Shown here: positions 46,975-56,500 of the stretch, piece by piece
Layout of the letters: every line of letters starts with the position of its first letter
Numbering within the stretch: the first letter of the stretch is position 1
Virus record (IMG/VR): IMGVR_UViG_3300023119_000021
Length of the DNA: 64,000 nt
Direction: 5' to 3' (one strand)
Origin: an uncultured virus (IMG/VR IMGVR_UViG_3300023119_000021)
Lineage: Duplodnaviria; Heunggongvirae; Uroviricota; Caudoviricetes; Crassvirales
Notes under the pieces: generated by a model
What the model was told of the DNA's origin: nothing
The model's database searches: none
The model's input: only the letters and a program-made list of their open reading frames with translations
Position numbers and translations under genes: made by a program

Positions 46975-48020
46975 GAGATATTGAACAAATAATAAGGGAA
47001 GCTTTTGGAAAGCATAAAATATCACAAATGCAACTTGACCCTAATGGTCACTGTAATGCTGGGTGTTGGTTCTGTCCTGTATCTATAAAAGGCAATCCGA
47101 GTCATGCTAAGAAGCCTATGCCTGTTGATTTATTAGAAAAAATAATAAGCAATATAATAGAAGAAAGAGATCGTGAGGATGGGCTGGTATCTAAAAATTT
47201 TGGAGGATTTTACACTTCACATTACAATGAAACTCTTCTTTACCCATACCTAGAGGATTTTTTCAAGATACTTAGGAGATATAAGCTGATGACAATGATT
47301 CTTTCGAACGGATCAACGTTGACTCCAAACAAAACAGACTTAATAAAAGAGTACAAAGACGTTATAAATGGAGTTAATTTGAATGTTCCGATACTTAGTA
47401 ATGACGAACTTTGGGCAAAAAGAGCTGGAATGAAAAAAGGAATGTACCCCAATATGATAAGAAACATAAACTATTTTATATCGGAAATTCCAGACTGGGC
47501 TACAAACGGAATATTTAGCATAGGAATGAACGGTATAAATAATTCAGCACTACACTCTAATGGGGGATGGATAGAAACTGGAGAAAAGTTTCCTCAAGAT
47601 ATTGATTTAGATAACGAGCAAGGTGAGAATGCTAGAGAAGTGCGTACAGCAAAGCAAATGTTTCCAACGGTAAGGAATATATATGGAGTGCCTCACTTGA
47701 TAGATAGAGCTGGGCTAATGGATGGGATTATAGACAACAAGAAAGCCATACATAAATACCTAAAAAGAGGTGATGAAAACGCTAGAGTTATTGGTTGTGG
47801 AAACGGAATAGAGGTTGGAGGCAGACCTGTAGGGTGGATACACATAAACTCAATTGGAGAAGCATTTCTGTGCTGTAATGATTACGACATGGAAGTTGTT
47901 ATTGGTGATTTGTCAAAACAGCGTCTAAGAGATTTTTGGGGTAATGAGAATCATATTCAAAAAATAAAAGAGTCTTACGAAGGTATGTGTACTGTTTGCG
48001 CTTCAGCAAGGTTTGAGTAA
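46971..48020 (+). CDS. Radical SAM protein with SPASM/twitch domain
   Basis: CNAGCWFC (CX3CX2C), LSNG, DRAG, C...CCND..IGDL...CTVC; ATGA-like overlap with the GT gene. Confidence 0.92.
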   Translation: MRDIEQIIREAFGKHKISQMQLDPNGHCNAGCWFCPVSIKGNPSHAKKPMPVDLLEKIISNIIEERDREDGLVSKNFGGFYTSHYNETLLYPYLEDFFKILRRYKLMTMILSNGSTLTPNKTDLIKEYKDVINGVNLNVPILSNDELWAKRAGMKKGMYPNMIRNINYFISEIPDWATNGIFSIGMNGINNSALHSNGGWIETGEKFPQDIDLDNEQGENAREVRTAKQMFPTVRNIYGVPHLIDRAGLMDGIIDNKKAIHKYLKRGDENARVIGCGNGIEVGGRPVGWIHINSIGEAFLCCNDYDMEVVIGDLSKQRLRDFWGNENHIQKIKESYEGMCTVCASARFE

Positions 48021-48043
48021 GTAAGAGAAAATCATATATTTAG

Positions 48044-48051
48044 TATCTTTG
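48044..48051 (+). promoter_or_regulatory. Late promoter -7 box
   Basis: TATCTTTG in the 45-bp intergenic gap. Confidence 0.55.
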
Positions 48052-48065
48052 CATAAAACGTATAC

Positions 48066-50042
48066 ATGGCAAACTCTGGGATAAAAAAAATTACAAAACT
48101 CCGTAAATACATAAACGGAAGTCCTACTGACGAAGTCAAAGACAACGTAATAACAGATAGTGATTACATCCCTAATTACGTGTCTACAAAAGAATGTCCA
48201 ATTGGATGTGATGCTATAGTTAGTGGTAGTGTTTTGATTAATGCGTCAAGCACTGGTTCTGCTGAGTTTGCTTCTACAACAACAACTACAGCTGCAACAA
48301 CTACTACTACTACGTCTAGTCCTGTTTCTGCTGTTAAAGACTACGGAATACAAAATAATGACTTAAATAATCCCGTTACTTTAGTGTATGCTGATGAGTT
48401 CAATGTTACACAAGAGGTAATAGTTCAACCGAACACTTCAAGTTCTATATCCTCATCCACAGAGCCTTATAGAGCATCTGGAGCTACATCTATATTTATT
48501 GAATCACAAAGTCCTTTGTATATTCCAACTACAACTACAACAACCGTAGCTCCTACAACAAGTGACGACTACGTTATTGACAATAGCAATGGAACAGAAA
48601 CTGTTGTTGTTTCGTTGAGGCAAATGGGATCTTCTACAGCTACAGAGACAGAGATAAAACCTGGAAAAATAGTTAAGGTTAGCTCAGACGACACGGTAAC
48701 TAGAGTCTCGGGTAGTACAGATGCTGTGATTACTCAATCAAATACTAGTATCGCACCTACACAAACAGAGTATACTATTACAAATAATAGCTTTTACGAG
48801 TCAGATGTAATAGAATATAGACCATACTTAGGTGTTACTGATGAAATAGAGTTAAGTCCAGGAGAGACTATAACAATAAAATCACAAGATCCACCAAAAA
48901 CTTCTAGCGAGGTTGCGTTTGATACGTTTACTGGTAATGGTACAGATGACACTTTCCAATTAGCTACTGAGCCTAAGAATCAAAATAACATACAAGTGTA
49001 TATTGATGACAGCTTTCAAGGCGTTGAAGAGTACAGTATATCTGGAACTGATTTGACCTTCAATACTCCTCCAGCTAACAATTCAACCATAGAGGTTACT
49101 GAAACAAAGCTTTCCGTTACATCAGGGGGCAATGCTACACAAGAGGCTGACCCTGCAACAATAGAGACAAGGATATGCAATCAAAACGTTATATATAATG
49201 ATAGTGAATCGAACGCCATCTTCTCATATCAAAACTGTAATCAAGAGCAAGAGAAAATATCTTTAGAACCTCATGAATCAGCTACTGTTTCATCTATAGG
49301 AGAGCCTACATTAATAACGTCTGAAAGTCCAAATGTTGGAACTAATTTTGCTGTAGAGACTATTGAAAAGGAAATAGGTACAAGCGGTTCAGCAACCCCA
49401 GTAATTCCAAAAACAACTACTACAACTACAACTACTACTGCAGCTCCTACTACAAAAGCACCAAACACTCAAACAAACGTTGTTCAGCCAGTAGTTACTG
49501 ATTTCCCTTCTGGTGAGCCTCAAGAGATAAAAGAGTCTGGTTTAGGAAGGCATAATGCTTCTAAATGGTTCCCTAAGACAATTAAAGTTCCTATTGATAA
49601 AAAAACTGGTCAATTCAAATTCATATCATATGATAGCCCAGCTTCTATGACGTTATATAAGGTTAAAGATGGAAGCAATCTACTGTTAGATGTTTCAATA
49701 CTCACCAACGGCTATAATGGTAGATATCAGCAAATAATGAGAACTAATCTCATTGGAGAAGGTATGTCTCAAACTGAAGCTAACGAGTACACTAATGACG
49801 ATGGAGCTAAAAGAGTTGAGGCAAGAAAACTTGGTAGAGTTAAAAGAAGATTAATTGGATGGAAGGAATTATATAATCCATTCGGAAACAAATGGCACAC
49901 AGAGTTTGTGTTAAACAAAGTAACGTCCAATGATTACGTAACTGTTGAAGTTTATCAAGCATCATACAATGGAGATTCTTCTGGAGGGAATCAGGCTATT
50001 AGTTATGTAGCTAGGTTCGAAGTAACTGGAATACAAAGCTAA
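48066..50042 (+). CDS. Virion protein with three poly-Thr tracts and repeated small beta modules
   Basis: Tracts near 48275, 48527 and 49413; repeated Y.I.N.....V.Y...E..L.P module; one VYID-type fibre repeat. Confidence 0.8.
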   Translation: MANSGIKKITKLRKYINGSPTDEVKDNVITDSDYIPNYVSTKECPIGCDAIVSGSVLINASSTGSAEFASTTTTTAATTTTTTSSPVSAVKDYGIQNNDLNNPVTLVYADEFNVTQEVIVQPNTSSSISSSTEPYRASGATSIFIESQSPLYIPTTTTTTVAPTTSDDYVIDNSNGTETVVVSLRQMGSSTATETEIKPGKIVKVSSDDTVTRVSGSTDAVITQSNTSIAPTQTEYTITNNSFYESDVIEYRPYLGVTDEIELSPGETITIKSQDPPKTSSEVAFDTFTGNGTDDTFQLATEPKNQNNIQVYIDDSFQGVEEYSISGTDLTFNTPPANNSTIEVTETKLSVTSGGNATQEADPATIETRICNQNVIYNDSESNAIFSYQNCNQEQEKISLEPHESATVSSIGEPTLITSESPNVGTNFAVETIEKEIGTSGSATPVIPKTTTTTTTTTAAPTTKAPNTQTNVVQPVVTDFPSGEPQEIKESGLGRHNASKWFPKTIKVPIDKKTGQFKFISYDSPASMTLYKVKDGSNLLLDVSILTNGYNGRYQQIMRTNLIGEGMSQTEANEYTNDDGAKRVEARKLGRVKRRLIGWKELYNPFGNKWHTEFVLNKVTSNDYVTVEVYQASYNGDSSGGNQAISYVARFEVTGIQS

Positions 50043-50046
50043 AAAT

Positions 50047-50802
50047 ATGGCAGAAAATACAATAACATTTGATGAAAAAGTATCTGGATGGACTTCATTC
50101 CATTCCTATATACCTGAGTATATGACTAACTTGAACAATAACTTTTTTACATTCAAGGACGGTCAGCTTTATAAGCACAATGTTGAGACTAACGGTAGAA
50201 ACACTTACTATGGTACATCTTACAACACTGAGGTAGAGATTAGCTCAAATGCTGCTCCATCAGAGGTTAAGATATACAAGACTATAGAGATTGAAGGAAA
50301 TAGTCCTGGATGGGACGTGACAGTCATAACAGATTTAGACAGAGGTCATATTGATAAGTCGTCTTTTACTAAAAACGAAGAGCTTGACAATACATACAAC
50401 GAAGGTATCTACTCTACACACATCAGAAGAAACACGGATGACGAAGTAAACACAGAACTATTGTCTGTACAAGGGATAGGTAACTTAGATCTAATAGCAG
50501 GTACCACCTATACTTTTGGAACAGTACCAACAACAACATCAGTTGGAGATGTACTGTATCAAGCAGTAGGAGGATCATATAACAGAATAGGAACAATAAC
50601 GAATAAAGACGGAACTACAATTACAGTTGGTACAGCAGCCATTGTGCCTAGTGTAAACGACTTTATATTCTCAGCTAAGAGCCCTATAGCAGAGTCTTAT
50701 GGACTCAAAGGATACTATGCAAGCGTAAGGCTTGTAAGTAACAGTACAAGCGCTGTAGAGCTATATGCTGTCAATAGTGAAGTTAGCAAAAGCTTCTCAT
50801 AA
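50047..50802 (+). CDS. Tail nozzle/stabilisation protein, C-terminal part
   Basis: TITFDE..GWTSFHSY.PE..NNFFTFKDGQLYKH, KIYKTIEIEG, ESYGLKGYY. Confidence 0.7.
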   Translation: MAENTITFDEKVSGWTSFHSYIPEYMTNLNNNFFTFKDGQLYKHNVETNGRNTYYGTSYNTEVEISSNAAPSEVKIYKTIEIEGNSPGWDVTVITDLDRGHIDKSSFTKNEELDNTYNEGIYSTHIRRNTDDEVNTELLSVQGIGNLDLIAGTTYTFGTVPTTTSVGDVLYQAVGGSYNRIGTITNKDGTTITVGTAAIVPSVNDFIFSAKSPIAESYGLKGYYASVRLVSNSTSAVELYAVNSEVSKSFS

Positions 50803-50821
50803 TATTCGTATATTTGCAGTA

Positions 50822-51310
50822 ATGATTTTATTGGGAAGTTTAAAAAATATAATCAAAAGAGTAAAAGATAAATTTCTACCCGAAAAATCTTTTAAAGACA
50901 AGATATCGAATGTATTACAAAGCATATATTCTCAAGAGAATAGTGAGTTAGTGATACATGATAGAGGAAAAATAGTAAGAGACGGCAAAGATTTGTTTCA
51001 AATTGAGCATGATTTTACAGATGGAATCTATTTAAGAAGGATGATACTAAAAAAAGGAACTACAATAGTGAGTGGTATACACAGAAGAGATCATGTTTGG
51101 TTCTTGATGATTGGAAACATAACGGTGTCATCAGAAGAAGGAGTAAATGATTACGAAGCACCTTATATTGGGTTTTCAAAAAAGGGAACTCAAAGAGCTA
51201 TACATGCCAACGAATATTCTGTGTTTCAAAATGTTTTTCAAAACCCACAAGGGTTGAGCGATCTAGACGAGCTAGAGGACTTTAATTATATCATGGAATA
51301 CAAAGCATAA
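50822..51310 (+). CDS. Cupin-fold protein
   Basis: Start ATG 50822 after TATATTTG (50809-50816); H.FTDGIY.R..G.IH..H..FL..G..AP..GTQR. Confidence 0.65.
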   Translation: MILLGSLKNIIKRVKDKFLPEKSFKDKISNVLQSIYSQENSELVIHDRGKIVRDGKDLFQIEHDFTDGIYLRRMILKKGTTIVSGIHRRDHVWFLMIGNITVSSEEGVNDYEAPYIGFSKKGTQRAIHANEYSVFQNVFQNPQGLSDLDELEDFNYIMEYKA

Positions 51311-51321
51311 AAAATATAACT

Positions 51322-52101
51322 ATGGCAGGAGTATTGGCAGCAGTTGGTATAGGGTTAGCAGTAGCAGGGTCTACTGCTCAAATTATATCTGGTGAATCAA
51401 GAAGAGTTAAAGCTAAAAGAGCTCTACAAAATTTCCAAAGACAAGAGTTAAAAAACATAACTCAAGGATTGAGAGTATCTACATTAGGTGCTGAATTACA
51501 AACTCAAGAAGCTCAGAGACGTTTTTCTACGTCTGTTGATGCACTTAGGTCGGCAGGAGTTAGAGGTTTGGTTGGTGGTCTTGGGCAGCAAGAAATGCAG
51601 CAACAAAAGCTACAACAGCAAATATCTTCTGATTTAGATCGTCAACAAATGCAGATTGAGCAAATGAGAGTTCAGGATGAAGCAAGAATAAGAGGCATGA
51701 TTGAGCAAAGAGAATCAGGACAGATTGCAGGACTTGGTTCTGAAATGGCTCAAGGGTCTAAAATGGTTCAAGCTGGATTAGGAGGTCTTGCCTCTGCTGG
51801 TATTGCTGGAGCTCAAATTGCTGGAATGGGTGGATTTGATGGATTGAAAAAAGGAGCAGATAGTGCAATTTCTTTAGGATCAGGGGCTAAATTTATTGCA
51901 GACGCCTCCAAGTCGCAAATTTCAGATTACAACTCATCTACGAGAAGTGCTGCTGCCGAAGCTTTTGGAGGTCAAGGTAATTTGTTATCTCCAAACTTAA
52001 GCGCCACTCAAGCTTATGTTTCTGCTTCAGGATTTTCTCCAACCATGATGACCGAAAGGAGTAATTATTTAGTTAATCAAATGGACCAGTACCGAAAATA
52101 G
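51322..52101 (+). CDS. Internal virion/ejection protein (small)
   Basis: G/A-rich hydrophobic N-terminus and Q-rich coil; position. Confidence 0.65.
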   Translation: MAGVLAAVGIGLAVAGSTAQIISGESRRVKAKRALQNFQRQELKNITQGLRVSTLGAELQTQEAQRRFSTSVDALRSAGVRGLVGGLGQQEMQQQKLQQQISSDLDRQQMQIEQMRVQDEARIRGMIEQRESGQIAGLGSEMAQGSKMVQAGLGGLASAGIAGAQIAGMGGFDGLKKGADSAISLGSGAKFIADASKSQISDYNSSTRSAAAEAFGGQGNLLSPNLSATQAYVSASGFSPTMMTERSNYLVNQMDQYRK

Positions 52102-52108
52102 ATTAATA

Positions 52109-53572
52109 ATGGCAAAAGGAGGATACGTACCAAGTAACGCAGCATACTACGAAGGTCTTCAGTATGCAAATAAAGATGTTAAGCCAGTTGATTTTGGAGC
52201 TTTAGCTTTGGGCGTTTCTGGTGCCGTCAAAGAAAAATACGAGAGAGAAGAGAAAAAAAGAAAGGAAGACGAAGCTTTTCAGATGAAAATCGATGAAAAC
52301 TTCGGAGATGTAATATACCCTTCTTTTGACAAGACTGGTCTCGAAAATATAGATATATATCAGAGTGGTGTTGTTGAAATGATTTCAGCTAGATCTCAAG
52401 ATCTAAATGCTCAGTACAATAATGGATCTATAAGCAAAGTACAGTATAACAGGGAGATGACCAAACTTAAGGGTCAAACGCATCAGTTTAGAAGCAATTT
52501 CAACATGATAACTAAATTTGCTAATGACTACCAGGAAATGGGAGATAACATAGACCCTGCTTCTGAGGACACAATGCAAATGCTTCAAGATTTGTTTTCT
52601 GATGCCAAGCCTTATTTAACAGAAGACAATAGGCTAGGCAATATGTCTGCTTCTAGAAATGAAAAGGGTGAAATTATACCGAAAGCTTTTCTGTGGGATA
52701 AGGCAGCTTCAATGCTACAAGTTGAAGCTAAATATGACACTTTTGGAATACCAAAGCAAATATTAGGTATTCAAGGAGAACTGAGTAAGTTTATCGGTAG
52801 TGAAGCAGTTCTTAACACACATTTAGATAAACAAGGAAATCTCAAAGAGGGAACTTCAAACCTAATAGCAGAAAGTATCGATGCTCTTTCAGATCGTCAA
52901 GTTATAAGTTACGCTAGACAATTAGGTCTTGATCCAGATTATGACGATAATGACATAACCTCTATAACCAATAGAGATGAGCTTGAAAGAGAGATTGTCA
53001 AAGATCAGCAAGAAAAAACATTAGCATTATTGCAGCAAAAGCAATCTCTTGACGAGGTAGAGAAGACCAATCTTGATATAGCCTTGCAAGATTCTTATCT
53101 AAGGCAAAAGAAAATGTCTAATGACGAGAGGGCTAAGAAGGGATACAACTATTCTTATTATACTAAAGAAAACGCACAAGTTGAAGGTATAGGATTATCT
53201 GGTGACGTAGAAGAGTTTACCGCAACAAAAGAGATACCCGTAAAAGGAATACCTTTAACTGATTTGAAACTTGAAGGTCAAATATCTGCGGAGGCAGCTG
53301 AGACTGGAACCGTTAAGCAGTTGTACAGAAACGCAAACGGAGAATATATTGCTGTTATAGGATATGTTGAATCTGTTCCTGGAACTGGAACTATGGCTGG
53401 TCAATTAGTTAAAACCCCACAGGTTAGAAAGGTAAGATTGACTACGAGGGCTCAAAAGAATTATTTCTTAACTAAAATGGACCCAGATTTAGGGGTTATA
53501 AGTGATCCTATACCAAAACCAGGTCAGAAAAATGAAGTTGACGAAAGCAATCCTTTAGGCTTAGATATATGA
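52109..53572 (+). CDS. Internal virion/ejection protein (medium)
   Basis: 487 aa, helical; position between ejection-type genes. Confidence 0.6.
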   Translation: MAKGGYVPSNAAYYEGLQYANKDVKPVDFGALALGVSGAVKEKYEREEKKRKEDEAFQMKIDENFGDVIYPSFDKTGLENIDIYQSGVVEMISARSQDLNAQYNNGSISKVQYNREMTKLKGQTHQFRSNFNMITKFANDYQEMGDNIDPASEDTMQMLQDLFSDAKPYLTEDNRLGNMSASRNEKGEIIPKAFLWDKAASMLQVEAKYDTFGIPKQILGIQGELSKFIGSEAVLNTHLDKQGNLKEGTSNLIAESIDALSDRQVISYARQLGLDPDYDDNDITSITNRDELEREIVKDQQEKTLALLQQKQSLDEVEKTNLDIALQDSYLRQKKMSNDERAKKGYNYSYYTKENAQVEGIGLSGDVEEFTATKEIPVKGIPLTDLKLEGQISAEAAETGTVKQLYRNANGEYIAVIGYVESVPGTGTMAGQLVKTPQVRKVRLTTRAQKNYFLTKMDPDLGVISDPIPKPGQKNEVDESNPLGLDI

Positions 53573-56500
53573 CACAGGACAAAAAATACACAAAATCAGA
53601 GTTCATTTCATCTATAAGATCAAAGTATCCTCAATATAGTAATATTGATGATGAAACTTTGTACAATAAGATAATTGAAAAATATCCTGTATACGAAGAT
53701 CAGATAGAAAAACAAGAAGAGGTTTTAAAAAAAAAAGAAAATCAAGATTCTACTTTAGAAGAGAAAGATTTGGACTTTACATTGGTTCAGGATTCTTCGG
53801 ATATCAAAAAGAAAGTATCTGAAGAAGATTACGATAAGGGATACTTTGAATTTGATGATAGATTCTCTGCTGGAGCCAACGAGGTCATGGCTTCAATCTC
53901 CAGAATACCTGTTTTTATAGCAGAACAAGTTGCTACCGCTTACTCTTATTTTGATGATGATTTTAAGGAACAGTTAAATTCCATGTCAAGAGAAGAGAGG
54001 GATTTGGCTTTGAGTGGAGCTGTTGATGCTGTGCCTAAAATAATAGGTGGACAAAACCTAAGTGTCATGGATTCTACAAAAGCATCAGAAGAGTACACTA
54101 AGGAAGCGGAAAAAATAAGATCTTCTTTTGATACATTTGATACTTCAATAACTGAAGATATAGCTGCAGGAGACTTAGGTCAAGCAGCAGGAAGACTTTT
54201 TAATGAGGCAGCTGGAGCTGTTCCATCTATGATTCAAGCTATGGTTCCATATGTTGGTATAGCATCCATAGGTATTGGATCGGCAGCTCAAAAAAGCAAA
54301 GAACTCCAAGATAAAGGAGAAGATTTGAATTGGAGAACATCAACCAACTCGATTGTTAGTGGTACAGCTGAAGGATTGGCTGATTTAGTCACTAAAAAAA
54401 TTGGAGGCAGATTCTTTAATTCTATTGCAGGGAAAGGAAAAGATTACACTGTAAAGGCTTTGAAATCATTCGCAAAGGATTTTGGTATTGATTTTGTAGA
54501 AGAAGGAGCCTCAGAAACAGGGAGTCTTTTAGTTAGCAAGCTTGCTGATTATGCAATCTCTGGAGACGAAGAGGCTTTTACAAACACTCTTTATGAATTT
54601 ACAGATACATTTTTAGTTGGAGGATTTGCTACTGGTCCTTTGTCGACAGGAAAGATAGGTATAGATATCACAAGACAAAACATAAGGAGAAAAAATATAA
54701 ATAATAAAATAAAGGATAGCAAGTATAAGAGTTTATCTGATGCGTTTTCTAAAACCAATATGGATGAGATCGACTCAGATCAAATTGATGTAGCTAAAAC
54801 AAAAGGATCTAAGGAGGCTCTTGAGTTTGATCTTGCCGAAAAAGTAAAAAATAAAATTATCACAAAAGAGGATGCTGATTCTAGGATAAAGGCATTTGAA
54901 GAGGTTTCTGAATTGGCTGAAAAAACTGACGGATTAGAACTAACAAAAGAGAAAGAAAAGACAGCTATAGAGCTGTTAAGGGAAAAAATGCGTCTTGAAA
55001 AAACAATAGAAGGAAAAGACGAAAACTTAGTTGCCCCTCAAAAGAAAAGAATAGATGAAATTAACGATCAGCTTTCTAAAGTGCAACAAGAAGAGGCTGT
55101 TGAAGAGGTTACGGAACAAGAAACTACAGAAGAGGTTGTTGCAGAAGAATTAGTTAAACCTGAGTTAGAACCAAAACTAACTTACCAAACCTCAAATCAA
55201 ACACAAGTTACAGTAGATGAGTCTGGTAAATTTCAAGAAGCTGTTGATCTAAAGACTGGAAAGAAAAGAACTAAAGAAACTGCAAGAAAAGCTCAAAATG
55301 AACTGATAGCTCAAAGAGATTATACTACAGGCAAATCAGCTTTTGATGGGGTTCCAGAAGGTCAGGATGTTGGAGATCCATCGCAGTTCATTGCAAATGA
55401 AAGTGAAAATGCTCAGGAAATAGCTCAGGAATACAAAAGAAAGAAAGAAGAGCAAGGTATTATTGATCCAGTAATAGATGCTTTTTTAGGTAAGTATATA
55501 GTTAGCAGAGAGTCTTTGAAAGATTATTATGGAAGCACAGATGATCTAAAATTAATAAGAGCTTACACTAACAAGAAAAAGGGCAAAACAGCCATGCCTT
55601 TAGATGTGATAGCTATGCAGGTTTCTGAAGAGGTAGGAAGAGAGGTAACTCCAGCTGAGCTTTTTGACATCATGATAGATCCTAAGTATAAATCTAACTC
55701 TGCCCCTAAAGAGGCTGATATAGTTACTGAACTTAGGAACAGGTTTATAGAGATTACAGGTTTTGATGGTACGGATGCTCAAATAAATGCTATCGCAGAA
55801 CAAGATCCATCTAAATTAAAACCATTCAGGGAGCCTATTGAGGTAGCTCAAGAGCAAGCAGCTAAACAAGAAGAGCTTCAAGTAGAAGAAAAGGTTGAGC
55901 AAGCCGAAGAACAAGCAAAAGCAGAGAGAGAGGCTGCTGTAGAGCCAAAAACAGAGGGAATTTCAAGTAGGGTGTTAGATGCGTTTAAAAAGACGAGAGA
56001 TTTTCTAAAAAAACAAGTTAAGATACATTTTACAGCGCAGGGATTGCAGCCAGACATTATCTATAAAGAAAGGCAAAAGAGAGATGCAAAAATAAGGATG
56101 TATCAAAATAGAATTGATCAAATGAGAAAAAACATCAATTCTGCTCTTAAAAAAATACCAAAAGATCAGAGAGACTCTGTAATGAAAGAGTTCGATCAAG
56201 TATTTAGAGGACAAGTAAAGTCAAAAGATAGTAATTTGTCTCTTGACATGAGAATTTTGGCGGACAGAATGAGAATGGAAATAGACGGTCTTTCTACTAT
56301 GATCATCGAAAGTGGTTATTTTGATACTAAAGAAGGTCTGGAGGCGGTACAAAAAAACATAGGCTCTTATGTAAACAGAAGCTATAGGCTTTTCAGCGAT
56401 TCAAATTGGGCAAACAAGGTTTCTGAAGAGGTTAAAGAAAATGCAAGAAGATTTTTTAGAAGGCAAGCAATTCAAGAAGGTAGAACTGTTTCTGAACAAG

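Noticed and set aside
46069..48020. GT/rSAM pair as a DNA hypermodification system
   Set aside because: Disfavoured, not excluded: the pair is in the late tail operon flanked by Thr-rich proteins, away from replication genes, and no hydroxymethylase or other base-priming enzyme is visible.
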